From Mobula hypostoma (Eukaryota): a DNA stretch of 64,000 nucleotides. The stretch spans positions 117,988,001 to 118,052,000 of the forward strand of contig NC_086108.1 in NCBI RefSeq assembly GCF_963921235.1. Reading direction: 5' to 3'. Positions 1-11,651 of this stretch are shown here, in pieces. Numbering within the stretch: position 1 is the stretch's first letter; each line of letters starts with the position of its first letter. The position numbers were made by a program, and so were the translations under genes. The notes under the pieces were generated by a model that was not told where the DNA came from, made no database searches, and saw nothing but the letters and a program-made list of their open reading frames with translations.

Positions 1-400
1 CACTTCTCACAGTTGCAGTGGTCAGGCATATTGGATGTTTCCCTGCCTTCCCACATCCCGCAAGAGTAGCATTGCTCTATTCTGCCTGACTCTACTGTCC
101 TAGCCTAGCAGATATAAAGAAGAGAAGGAAAAAAAACTTGAGCTTTCCTTTCCTTTGCTTTTTATGAAAGCCTTTCTTCGAAGAAGCCTAGAGGAGCTGA
201 AGCCTTAGGATCACCATTCTGACTATGTCCACTCAGATGCTGGCCACTACGATGATACCCACTGCGCTTGCCCTGGCCTTCCTTTAATTTGCTCTTACTA
301 ATCAATCCCGAAAGCTGATTGGCTGCTGGTCAAAGCTCTATTAGGCTGCTGTGAGCTGCTCTTGCCTTTTATCCTTGGGCAGTGAATCTGATTGAAGTCC
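1..400 (-). mobile_element. Degenerate CR1 LINE 5'UTR/ORF1-start fragment
   Basis: The reverse complement resembles the CR1 5' region at ~7020-7330 (shared gaaaagctcaagttttt...ctaggacagtagag...gggaaggcaggga). Confidence 0.55.
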
Positions 401-619
401 CCTCCTCTCTAAACTTCTGATGTCTGGATTGGCCACTGGTCAAAGCTCTATACAAATAGATGCAGTATGTACTGCTTCACATTCCTTTGGACCACATCCA
501 CGAGGCCGAGAGGGGGATCTTAATGTCTGGGCAGCCCAGGATCTCCATATTCATCACCCAGGCCTACACCCCGGAGAAACTAGGCGCATCCGGTGTCTAC
601 TACAGACGGAGCCATTATG

Positions 620-1340
620 TTATGTTATGTATGAGGAAGGACAGGCAGATGAGAGCACAAAATTATAGTCAGTGGTGATGAGTTGAATTGTAACATGGGA
701 CAACATCAAAAGAGTGATGAATACTGGACTGTAGGCGTTATATGTGAATGGACCCAGTATACAGATAGGGTAGATGATCATGTAGAGTTGTGTCTGAAAG
801 AAGATCATGGTTGGGAGCTTAACATCTAAGGATAAACATTGTATTGAAAGAACAGGTAGGTAGGCAGATGGGGTGCATGTCTCTGCTGGTACAATATGAA
901 ATCAAATCCTTAGAAAGAGATGATGTTGGATCGGAAGATATAGAAAACTTGTGGGTAGAGTTAACAAACTGCAAGGGGAAAAATACCCTGATGGGAATTA
1001 TATATAGGCCTCCAATCAGTAACCAAGTTGTCAGTTACAAATTAAACAGGATATAGAAAACACGCATAAAATCAGCAATGTTACAATAGACATGGGGGAG
1101 TTCAATATGCAGTAGATTGGGAAAATCAGGTTGGTGCTGGATCCCAAGATAAGGAATTTGTAGAATGCGTATGAGAGCAGATAGTGGGTTGAGACCACAA
1201 TGGGAAAAGTGATTATGAATTAGATTTTGTGCAATGAATTATATTTGATGAGGAAGCTTAAGGTAAAGGAACCGTGGCTGACAAGGGATGTCAAAGACAG
1301 CAGAAAATCAAATGAGAGAGCATAAATGGGCAAAAGTGAT
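620..1340 (+). mobile_element. Degenerate CR1 ORF2 (APE endonuclease) fragment
   Basis: ORF 844..1056 contains ENLWVEL..KGKNTLMGIIYRPP, matching the APE motifs of the intact CR1 ORF2 in this window. Confidence 0.75.
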
Positions 1341-2089
1341 TGTGTGAGCAGTGGGACACTGAGATCTGTTGCTGTTCCCTCCTGCCACTGGTCACTCACA
1401 TTGATTCTCACTTTCTGGTCCAGGACCTCGTGGATTATTATGGCTACCATTCCCTGAAGGAAGGTTTTCGATGTCTGGATACTACCTTGCAGATTCCATA
1501 TAAGATACCAGAGTGTCTCACTGGTTACAGAGCTGCCCAGGCCGCAAAATCATGTGAGTACCACCTCTCTGCCTGCCCACTTATGGACCATCTGCCTCCT
1601 CTGTCAAATCTGATCCATGGGGTATCCAAACCATAATCTGTTATTTTGATGTGTGTTGCTCTGTTATACTTCTGCAGGCTGCTAGACACCCCCCTCAGCC
1701 AGTATTCTCTATAGTTCTGATCACCTCACTTACTATAGGATAGATCAGGGCTGTCAAACTACCAGCCCGCAAAGTGGTCCAATCCGGCCCGCGGGATTAT
1801 TTGGGGAAAAAAAAAGTATATTCATGACCATTTATTATGTATCTGTATGGCAGCCGCTCTCTCCCCCACCGCTGTCTGTGCCGCCTGCCACGCCAGCAGC
1901 TTGTTGTGTGTACTTAGACAACAATAGGCGACAGTTAACCAGCCGCTGTGCATAAACACCTACCACCCTGCACTGAAGACCACTAGGGCCCCACTTACGT
2001 TGTCAGACACAGGGTACTCTGACAGAGTACTCAGGTAAGTAACACCTGTAGCAAGGCTGAGACTGTTTGCTGCTGTGGTTCAAAATACT

Positions 2090-4213
2090 TTCCAAGAAAA
2101 GAAAAGTTGACATCGAAGGTCGGATATTCAACGATAATTGGAAAGATCATTTTTTCTTCTGTGAGGTGAACGGCAAACCTGTGTGTCTGATATGCTCACC
2201 ACAAGTGGCTGTGGCAAAAGAGTAAATATCAAATAGCACTATGAGACGTCACACGGAGAAAAATATGACAAGTATGCAGGATGACTCAGAATGCAAAAGG
2301 TAAACGAGCTTGAAGCAGCTCTGAAAAAACAGCAATCAGTGTTCACCCTAATTCGAGAGACTCATGATGGAGCTGTCAAAGCCGCTATATTATTGCCAAC
2401 AAAATAGCTGCTGCGTCGAAGCCATACTCAGGGGGAATTCATCAAAGCATGCATGCTGACGGTGGCTGAGCTGGTGCCCTGAGAAGAGTCAGGCTTTTGG
2501 TAATATCAGCTTGTCAAGAAATTCTGTGGCACAGAGAATCAGGGATCTTGCAGGAGATTTGAACAGTCAACTAAAAGACAAAGTGAAGTCATTTATTGCC
2601 TTCTCTATTGCAATTGATGAGAGCACCGACGTGACTGATGTAGCTCAATTGGGAATATTTATTCGTGGTGTTAATGCATCTTTGACTGTCACCCGAGGAG
2701 TTTGTGGAGATGGTGCCCATGAGAAACAGCATAACGGTGAACGACATTTTCTCCAGCCTCGTCGAGGCCTTGGACAGACTGGGGGTTGACTAGAGTCAGG
2801 CTGTCAGCCTGGCAACAGATGGCACACCATCCATGGTCTGGAAAAAAGCAGGTGTTGTTGCGAAACTCAGAGAGAAAGTTCAAACAGAGAATCCAGAGCA
2901 GGAATTCTGGAATTTTCATTGTATCATACACCAAGAGGCATTATGTAGCAGGAGCCTGAAAATGGACAATGTCATGGATGTAGTGATCAAAACGGTTAAT
3001 TTTATTAGAGCCAAGGGACTCAACCATCGGCAATTTGACACTCTTTTGTCTGAAAGTAATATTGGACATGGCCTGCCCTACCACACTGAAGTCCGCTGGT
3101 TGAGCAGAGGGTTGTGCTCAAACGTCTTTTTCAATTACATGGGGTCCAGAACGAGGGGTCACAGTTTGAGGATAAAAGGGAAGCCTTTTAATACCGAGAT
3201 TAGGAAAAACTTCTTCACACAGAGAGTGGTGAATCTGTGGAATTCTCTGCCACAGGAAACAGTTAAAGCCAGTTCATTGGCTATATTTAAGAGGAAGTTA
3301 GATATGGCCTTTGTGGCTAAAGGGATCAGGGATGGAGGGAAGGCTGGTACAGTGTTCTGAGTTGGATGATCAGCCATGATCATACTGAATGGCGGTGCAG
3401 GCTCGAAGGGCCAAATGGCCTACTCCTGCACCTATTTTCTATGTTTTTATGTTTCTATGTGCGGAAATTGGACTATTCATGAATGAGGAAGGGAAGCCAG
3501 TGGCAGAGTTGGATGACCCAGACTGGCTTCATGATCTTGCATTTTTGGTGGATATAACAGAGCACTTAAATGTGCTTAATGTTAACATGCAAGGCCGCAA
3601 CAAACTTGTTACGGAATACTACGACAGCATTTGTGCCTTTCAAATTAAATTAGGCCTGTGGGAGATACAACTATCCCGGAGCAACCCAGCTCATTTCCCC
3701 TCTTTGCAGTCTGTGCGTGTCACTCGTGGGAATAATGACAACATGGACAGGTACAAGGACAAAATATCATGGCTAAAAAGTGAGTTTCAGAATCATTTCC
3801 AAGTCTTCACTCAGCTCGAGAAGGAATTCTCACTATTTTGCTCGCTGTTTGCCATCAACGCAGCATCAGATGTGTCAGAAGAACTCCAAATGGAACTAAT
3901 TGAAATTCAGTGTAACTTGGCTTTGAAATATAAATTTGAGAATGTGGGTCTGGGCTCATTCTATCAATACCTGAGACCGATGTACCCCAAGATGACAGAC
4001 TTTGCCTCAAAGATCCTTTGCATGTTCGGGACAACATATCTCTGTGAGCAGGCGTTCTCCATAATGAACATTAACAAATCCAAACTGCACTCGCAGCTGA
4101 CACACAGACATCTAAATGACATTATGAAAATCACAACTGCCCAGAAACTGGTCCCTGATGTTGACAGGCTGGTTAAAGCCAAGAGATGTCAGGTGTCTGG
4201 AAGCAGCAAGTGA
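2090..4213 (+). pseudogene. Disrupted hAT transposase (GTF2IRD2/EPM2AIP1-like family)
   Basis: Motifs SKKRKVD..RIFNDNW...KPVCLIC, SIAIDESTDVTD, HCIIHQEAL, YHTEVRWLSRG and FGTTYLCEQAFS lie in several frames, broken by frameshifts, stops and a CR1 insertion. Confidence 0.9.
3141..3460 (+). mobile_element. 5'-truncated CR1 3' end inserted in the transposase
   Basis: Encodes RTRGHSLRIKGKPF...FFTQRVVNLWNSLP and ends in a (TTTCTATG)n tail. It splits the transposase at KRLFQL / AEIGLF. Confidence 0.92.
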
Positions 4214-5086
4214 AAAATGAGTGACACTGTTCAATGCACTGCGACATGTAAGCAAAATGCATTATGAAATATTGAGTGTCATAATATTGTGATTCATTCA
4301 CTTTCTGACTATTCTATTATTGTAAATGTGATCACTTCAATACAAATTCGAGGCTAACTGTCTTCATTATCTGAGTTTGATTGCTGGTAGCAGGCTAATA
4401 AAAATTAAATATAGTTGTGTAGCCTACATTTACAATTTGTTTTGTTAGGTCTACATTTGTGTCTGCTAATGTTCGATTTCAAATGGTTTGTTGATAGAAA
4501 GGGTGTGGCTCCCAGAACAATCTTAGCCAAAATAGCATCATTTTTCTCTCTCTCCTCACAACTTTCTTGTAGCCTACAACTGTAAATTAATACCAATCAT
4601 AAAAATAATGCTTGCTAGGCAATCGTCTTCATAAGAAACAAAATTCGTAAAGTGAAACACTTCGTAGTTATAGCAGAGATTGAGACACATGAGAGCAGGT
4701 TGAAAAAATGAAGGCAACAAAAGCTGTGGGAGTACATGCGCGTGCACAACTGATCCGGCCCACATGAAGTCGCATGTTGCCCAATCTGGCCTGTGACCTC
4801 AAATGAGTTTGACACCCCTGGGATAGATTATCACTGGAGGCAATCTCTGGTTTTACACAGACTGGGAGCAGTGTTGTGTGTGGTGGGCATCACAAAGAGA
4901 GGTACAGGCAGAAGGTGTTGGAGACAGGGAGGGTGTAAGGTCTTTCCAGAGTTAGAGGGGGATATAGGGGCTGGATAGGGTTATAGGAGGCTTGGATGAG
5001 GTCAGAGAGACGTACCGAATAGAAGCCGGTTCTTCAGCACATTCTTTTCCTGCCAACCATTGATGCACCTCTGCTCTGGTTCACAG

Positions 5087-5238
5087 TCCCGAGGCCGAAA
5101 GTGGTCGGTGTGGCTGTGGCCCAGTACGATTTCTCCGCCCGCGATATGAGAGAGTTGACCCTGCAGGAAGGAGACGTGGTGACGATTCACAGCAAGACAG
5201 GACCCAATGGGTGGTGGCGTGGTTCAGTGAATGGGAGG
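5087..5238 (+). CDS. VAV-family (VAV3-like) penultimate coding exon, C-terminal SH3 domain
   Basis: Acceptor ttcacAG and donor GTaagt. Translates PRPKVVGVAVAQYDFSARDMRELTLQEGDVVTIHSKTGPNGWWRGSVNGR, matching the VAV C-terminal SH3 (VAV3: PKVLGIAIARYDFCARDMRELSL...NGWWRGEVNGR). Not in the ORF track. The paralog is uncertain, so no symbol is given. Confidence 0.93.
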
Positions 5239-5620
5239 GTAAGTCTGACTGTAGGTAACTGAACAGGATGGTGAGTCCAACTATATGTGTCTGTGTCAAT
5301 GGGAGGATGAGTCTGACTGTAGGTGACTGAATGGGAGGGTGTATCTTAGTGACTGGGTGAGTGGGAGGGGATCTGACTCTAGGAGACTATGTGAATGGGA
5401 GGGTGTCCGACTATAGGTGACTGTGTGAATGGGAGGACAATCTGACTAGGTGACGTGAATGGGAGGGTGACTCCGACTGTAAGTGACTGTGTGAATGGGA
5501 GGTCCAGTCTGACTGCAGATGACTGTGTGAATGGGAAGGTGAGTCCAGCTTTTGTTGGTTACGAACGGCAGGGCAAGACTGACTGTAGGTGACTGTGTGA
5601 ACAGGAGGATGAGTTCAACT
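5227..5620 (+). repeat. Degenerate ~36-bp intronic minisatellite containing the exon end and splice donor
   Basis: About 10 copies of a unit like GTGAATGGGAGGGTGAGTCTGACTGTAGGTGACTGT. The first copy overlaps the real exon/intron boundary. Confidence 0.85.
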
Positions 5621-5916
5621 GTGTGCATCCTGAACGAGCAGTTGAATGGACTGATCCTGGCCCCATGTGGATGTAGGGAGTCTTACTGTAGGCGATTGCA
5701 TGACTGAGACAACTGGGCAGGTTGGGTGGCTGACTCTGGTGACAGGTGAATGAATACAATTGGACCAGGCTAACATGTGAGGAGGTCAACGATCAGTGAT
5801 CGTCCATTGCCAGTGCAGTTCTCTCCTTTTTTCTTGCTGCCTGACTGTATTGGAGTTTCCTGTGTGACCTTTAGTCTTGTTCCCAGATATTCTAACAGCT
5901 GTTTGCTTGCCTGCAG

Positions 5917-5970
5917 ATCGGTTGGTTCCCCTCTACTTATGTGGAAGAGGATGAAGATTGCTTCCATTAG
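5917..5970 (+). CDS. VAV-family terminal coding exon
   Basis: Acceptor cttgcctgcAG. Translates IGWFPSTYVEEDEDCFH* (TAG at 5968-5970), in phase 0 with the previous exon. VAV2 and VAV3 end with GWFPSTYVEE. Confidence 0.93.
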   Translation: MGWFPSTYVEEDEDCFH

Positions 5971-6849
5971 TCCAGAGGAGTGAAAGAGCAGGCGAGGATC
6001 TCTCCATGATGATCTTGTTACCAGAGTTATGGGAAGCGGCACTTTGTGGACCAGGATGTTGGACTGCTGGATAGGCTTGGTCTATAGTCTTCTGAGAGGG
6101 GTGTGGGTGGGATGGGAAGGTAAGTCTGAGTGGGCTTGAAGATGGCAACTGTAGAATGACTTCAAGAAGCCACTCAGAAATCGACCTCCCAGTGGACCTG
6201 TGCTGCCAGCTTTATCCTGGCCATTGCTACATGGATCCTGAGGACTGTCACCAGCTGCTGTCAATGCTGTCAGCTGTTTTCGTTGGCTGTGTCTAGTGGC
6301 TGGACACAGAGGTCACTGCATTAGAGGCAAGCACGCGTGCAATTCTGTCAGTGGGAACAATCTGTGTGGTGGTGGTGAAAGCAAATATAATACAAACGTT
6401 TGTAGGAACATTTAAGAAGCTCTCAAATGGGCAGTTGATTGTAAAGAGAATGGAAAGATATGGATAATGTATAGTAGAGGGATTGATTTAATTACTTGTT
6501 TAATTAGATTGGGACCGTTCCTGTGTTGTTCCCTTTTTATGTTTTAATACTATTAATGCAGCCACTCCAATGTTTTGTGCAACTGTTACATGATATCTTA
6601 ACTCTTATAATACCTCAGCTGATGAAGGTAAGCATGACACATGCCCTCTTCACCATCTTGTCTACCTGAGTTTTCACTTTCAGAGAATTTGAAATTTCAA
6701 TTTCAATTACATAGTACTCATACCCCAAGGTCTCTATGTCCTACAACATTCCCCAGTCCTACCCTGGAAGGACGGACATACACAGTGCTTCATTTTGCAC
6801 TTTTCAGGTTTAAACCTCATCTGCCATTCCTTTGCCCAATTTCTCAGTG

Positions 6850-6855
6850 AATAAA
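6850..6855 (+). promoter_or_regulatory. Candidate polyadenylation signal of the VAV-like gene
   Basis: First AATAAA I found downstream of the stop codon (~880 nt), followed by T-rich sequence. Confidence 0.4.
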
Positions 6856-7019
6856 CCTCATTTTGTAACATTAGATGACATAGTTTTTTAGAGCAGCTCA
6901 TGGTTGAGCCCACTGGAGGATTGAACATCAGAAGTTTGGAGAGGAGGGGACCTCAATCAGGTCCATTGCCTGAGGATAAAGGTCGCAGCAGCATAATGGA
7001 GCTTTGACCAGCAACTGGT

Positions 7020-9670
7020 CAGCAATTGGGATTGATTAGTAAGAGCAAATTAAAGGAAGGCAGTTGAAAGCGCAGTGACCATCACCTGAGTGGACATAGT
7101 CAGACTGATGATCTTGAGGCTTTAGCTCTTAGAGGCTTATGTGATCAGAGGCATCACTCAGAGAAAGCAAAAGAAAGAAAAGCTCAAGTTTTTCATTCTC
7201 TATATATCTACTCGGCTAGAAACAGTAGAGATGACAGACAGGATGATAAAATGATCCTCTTGTTGAATGTGGGAAGGCAGGGAGACCTCCAGTGTCCTTG
7301 ACCACTATGACTACAAGAAGTGCATCCAGCTGTAGCTTTTAACAATCCGTGTTAAGTTGGAGCTGGAACTGGATGAACTCTGGATCATTTGGGAAGCTGA
7401 AAGAGGTGATAGATAGTACATAAAAGAGGTAGTTACACCCAAGGTGCAGAACACAGGAAACAGGGTGACAATCAGAAAGAGAAAAGGAGTTAAGGAGCCA
7501 GTTCAGAGTATCCCCGTGGCTATCCCCTTCAACAACAGGCATATTGCTTTGGATACTGTCAGTGGGGATGACCTAATAGAGGAGAGTCACAGTGATCGGG
7601 TCTCTGGCGCTGAGTCTGTCTCTGAGACTCAGAAGGGAAGTGGGGGACGAGGGAAACTGTGGTGAAAGGGGATCCTTTAGTTAGGGGAATGGACAGGAGG
7701 TTCTGTGGGCAAGAATGAGATTCCAGGATGGTATGTTGCTTCCCGGGTGCCAGTATCCGGGATATCTCAGATCGATCATCACCATTCCCATTTAAGAGGG
7801 TGAACAGCTAGAAGTCATGATCCGTGTAGGTACCAATGACATGGATAAGACAGTGACCAGGTTCTGCAGAGGGAATTCAGGAAGTTAGGTGCTAAGTTAA
7901 AGGGCAGGACCTCCATGGTTGTGATCCCACGATTGCTACCCGTGCCACATGCTAGTGAGGCTAGAACTAGGAAGATTATATGGTTTAATATGTGGCTAAG
8001 GAGTTGGCATAGGAGGGAGGGCATAAGATTTTTGGATCATTGGGCTCTCTGCAAGGGAAGGTTGCAGGTGATATGAAGATAGCTGGAGGGGCAAGTAGTT
8101 TTGAGGAAGTAGGCTACAGAAGGACAGACAGATTAGGAGAATGTGCAAAGGAATGGCAAATGGAATATAGTGTCAGGAAGTGTATGGTCATGCACTTTGG
8201 AAAAAGAAATGAAAGAGATGACTATTTTATAAATGGAGAGAAAATATAAAAAAAGAAAGGTGCAAAGGGACTTGGGAGTCCTTGTGCAGGATTCCCTTGA
8301 GGTTAATTTGCAGATTCAGTCTGTGGTGAGGAGGGAAAATGCGACTTTAGCATTCTTCTGAATAGGACTAGAATATGAAAGCAAGGATGTAATGTTGAGA
8401 CTTAATAAAGTACTGGTGAGGTCTCACTTGCAGTATTGTGAGCAGTTTTGGGCCCCTTATCTTAGAAAGGATGTGCTGAAACTGAAAAGGGTTTAAAGGA
8501 GGTTCACAAAAATGATTTCAGGATTGAATGGCCTGTCATATGGAGAGTATTTGATGGCTCTGGGACTGTATTCACAAGACTTCAGAAGGATGAGGAATGA
8601 TCTCATTGAAACCTATCCAATAGTGAAATGCCTTGATAGACTGGATGTGGAAAGGATGTTTCCTATCATGGGAGAGTCTAAGACCAGAGGACACAGCCTC
8701 AGATTACAGGGATATTAGATTAGATTATGAGGACACACAGTCCTCTTTTATTGTCATTTAGTAATGCATGCATTAAGAAATGATACAATGTTCCTCCAGA
8801 ATGATATCACAGAAACACAAGACAAACCAAGACTAAAAAAACTGACAAAAACCACATAATTATAACATATAGTTACAACAGTGCAAAGCAGTACCATAAT
8901 TTGATGAAGAACAGACCATGGGTACGGTAAAAAAAGGTCTCAAAGTCTCTCGAAAGTCCCAACATCTCACGCAGATGGTAGAAGGGAGAAACTCTCCCTG
9001 CCATGAGCTTCCAGCGCAGCAAACTTGCCGATGCAGCATCCTGGAAGCACCCGACCACATCCGACTCTTGAGTCCATCCGAAAACTTAGAGCCTCTGACC
9101 AGCCCTCCGACACCGAGCACCATCTCTGCCAAGTGCTTCGACCCCGCCCCGGCGACAGGCAGCAGGCAAAGCCGAGGATTCGGGGCCTTCCCCTCCAGAG
9201 ATTCTCGATCACACAGTAGCAACAGCTGTGATACAGCAGCAGCGAAGCAGGCATTTCAGAAGTTTCTCCAGATGTTCCTCCGTGCTTCTCACGTCTGTCT
9301 CCATCAAATCAGGATTGTGCACGGCCCCTATCTAACAAATACAATATCATTTCGGAGTGGCCGCGCGCGCGCGCTGCATCGCACTGCCATCTTCTCCTCA
9401 TATTCTTTCAGAACGGAGATGAGGGGGAATTTCTTCAGCCAGAGATTGGTGAATCTGTGGAATTTTTTGCCGCAGGCAGCAGTGGAGGCCAAGTCTTTAT
9501 GTACTGTAAATTTAAAGCAGAGGTTGATAGATTCTTGATAGGTCAGAGCATGAAGGGATATGCGGAGAAGGCAAGAGAATGGGGCTGAGAGGAAAATTGG
9601 ATTGGCAATAATGAAGTGGCAGAGCAGACTCGATAGACCAAATGGCCTAATTCTGCTCCTATATCTTAAG
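7020..9670 (+). mobile_element. Old CR1 LINE (ORF1 plus RT 3' end, large internal deletion)
   Basis: ORF1 relics (IPVAIPFNNR..LDTVSGDD, GTND). At ~8060 it jumps to the RT C-terminus (LGECAKEWQMEY, TRGHSL, FFSQRLVNLWN). Interrupted at 8717-9399. Confidence 0.85.
8717..9399 (-). mobile_element. ~680-bp non-coding non-LTR retroposon, copy 1
   Basis: On the minus strand it starts GAGGAGAAGATGGC and ends ...gtcctcataatctaatct. Flanked by an ATATT duplication (8712-8716 and 9400-9404). Homologous to 28861-29530. Confidence 0.8.
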
Positions 9671-9679
9671 TTCTCATGG

Positions 9680-9985
9680 TCTTGCAGACAACCTTCTTCA
9701 CTGTCCACTGTACAAATAATTTTGGAGTTTTCTACAAACTTGCTAATTGTGCCACAAACAATCTTATTCAAATCCCTGCAGTACATGACAAACAATGAGG
9801 ACCCAGCACTGATCCCTGTAGAATACTGCTGGATACAGTTCTTCAGCTTGGAAACCAACCTCACCACTATCACCCTGTCAATATTCTATCCAATTAAATA
9901 GCTTATCTTAGATCTCACATATTCTCACTTTCTGGTGCAGGCTACCATACAGGGCCTTGTCAAGAGTTTTACTAAAGTCCAAAAA
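9680..9985 (-). mobile_element. Degenerate CR1 RT fragment
   Basis: GSSLFVMY..DL....CGTISKFVENSKI is a decayed form of the GSVLGP...SKFADDTK motif. Confidence 0.7.
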
Positions 9986-9999
9986 CATTTTGCGTCATT

Positions 10000-10200
10000 T
10001 TTAGGGATTGCTGCTGCCTCACAGTACCAGCGAAGCAGGGTCAGGCCAGATTTCTGGTGCTGTTTATGCAGAGGTTCCATGTTCTCCCTGTGATCACGTG
10101 ATGTGAAATGAGGAAAATGAAATATGGGAATATATGCTTGATGGTCATTTTGCAGTCAGTGAACCAAAAAGCCTAATTTTGTGCTGTTTAATTCCGTGAC
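10000..10200 (+). mobile_element. Degenerate tRNA-derived SINE (HE1/V-SINE-like)
   Basis: gctgctgcctcacag...ggtgctgtttatgcagaggttccatgttctccctgtgatcacgtg resembles the V-SINE/HE1 head and core as I recall it. Confidence 0.6.
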
Positions 10201-10234
10201 TTTGGTATGGCTCTGGCAAGAGAACAGAGAAGAT

Positions 10235-10405
10235 AGAATCATAGAAATCTACAGCACATTATAGGCCTTTCAGCCCACAATATTATGTCGACCATATAAC
10301 CTACTCCTGAAACTGCCTAGAAACTGTCCGTACTGCATAGCCCTCTATTTTTCTAAGCTCCATGTAGCTATCTAAGGGTCCCTTAAAAGACCCTACTGTA
10401 TCCGC
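10235..10405 (-). mobile_element. CR1 3' end fragment
   Basis: Reverse-oriented (ATAGAA)n tail and 3'UTR similar to 10874-11040. Confidence 0.7.
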
Positions 10406-10873
10406 CAGGACATTGATTGCAATCGTTCCAGCGGTGTGCATTTTCAGCAAAAATGTAGTTGTTCCACTTGGAACAAAGTTAGGTTTAAGGTGAGCAAAGT
10501 TAGTTTTAATTTATATGGCCAGTTCCAGTTTGTGGATCGTTCATGGATCAGGGAACACAAATTCCAAGTGTGGGGCTAACATCAAAAGGGACCAAGTCAT
10601 TGTGATCCAGAAGTCACTGTTGTAAAATGTGTTGTCAGGCTTGCCAACAAGATGTGGAAATATAAATAATTAGAAATAATTTGGAAGGCTACAGAAGAAA
10701 AGTTGAGCTCTGTAATGAGTCAGCATAAGTATTTTCTATGCTGCAATGATTTTGTGATTGTCATTAAATATTAAATGGAGTATGAAGCCCAGACACACAG
10801 TGATGTATGAGTACTTACAATGTATATTTGAACTGCACATCAGCCAGTATATTTCCACGTAATTGTTAATAAA

Positions 10874-11650
10874 TAGAAACATGAGAAACATAGAAAACCT
10901 ACAGCACAATACAGGCTCTTCGGCTCACAAAGCTGTGCGGAACATGTCCTTACCTTAGAACTACCTAGGCTTACCCATAGCCCTCTATTTTTCTAAGCTC
11001 TGTGTACCTTTCCAGGAGTCTATTAAAAGACCCTATCATTTATGCCTCCACCACCGCTACCGGCAGCCCATTCCACGCACTCACCACTCTCTGCGTAAAA
11101 AACTTACCCCTGACATCTCCTCTGTGCCTACTTCCAAGCACTTTAAAAATATGCCCTCTCGTGCTAGCCATTTCAGCCCTGGGAAAAAGCCTCTGACGAT
11201 CCACACGATCAATGCTTCTCGATATCTCGTACACCTCTATCAGGTCACCTCTCATCCTCCGACGCTCCAAGGAGAAAAGGCCAAGTTCACTCAACCTATT
11301 CTCATAAGGCATGCTCCCCAACCCAGGCAACATCCTTGTAAATCTCCTCTGCACCCTTTCTATGGTTTCCACATCCTTCATGTAGTGAGGCGACCAGAAT
11401 TACGTACAGTACTCCAAGTGGGGTCTGACCAGGGTCCTATATAGCTGCAACATAACCTCTTGGCTTTAAACTCAACCCCATGATCGATGTATGCCTTCTT
11501 AACAACAGAGTCGACCTGCGTAGCAGCTTTAAGTGTCCTATGGACTCAGACCCCAATATCCCTCTGATCCTCCACACTGCCAAGAGTCTTAGCATTAATG
11601 CTACTTTCTACCATCATATTTGACCCACCAAAATGAACCACCTCACACTG
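10874..11650 (-). mobile_element. 5'-truncated CR1 LINE
   Basis: ORF 11040..11381 has ERVQRRFTRMLPG...RRMRGDLIEVY...FFTQRVVSAWN, and a CR1 tail is present. Confidence 0.9.
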
Positions 11651-11651
11651 C

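Larger units (their letters stand above)
1746..4820 (+). mobile_element. hAT DNA transposon, Charlie/Buster (SPIN-like) group, full-length but mutated
   Basis: 15-bp TIRs CAGGGCTGTCAAACT (1746-1760) and AGTTTGACACCCCTG (4806-4820) with 1 mismatch. Perfect 8-bp TSD GGATAGAT at 1738-1745 and 4821-4828 (nnnTAnnn type). Subterminal GGCCC motifs are present. Confidence 0.95.

Noticed and set aside
420..678. Short ORFs near the window start as upstream VAV exons
   Set aside because: They show no VAV SH2/SH3 similarity and sit between CR1 fragments, so they look repeat-derived.
2833..4213. Transposase-CR1 fusion ORFs as a domesticated gene
   Set aside because: They are products of the CR1 insertion, and the upstream transposase has frameshifts and stops.
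8918..9538. 206-aa ORF in the 680-bp element
   Set aside because: It is antisense to the element, runs into the flanking CR1, and is not preserved at full length in the second copy.
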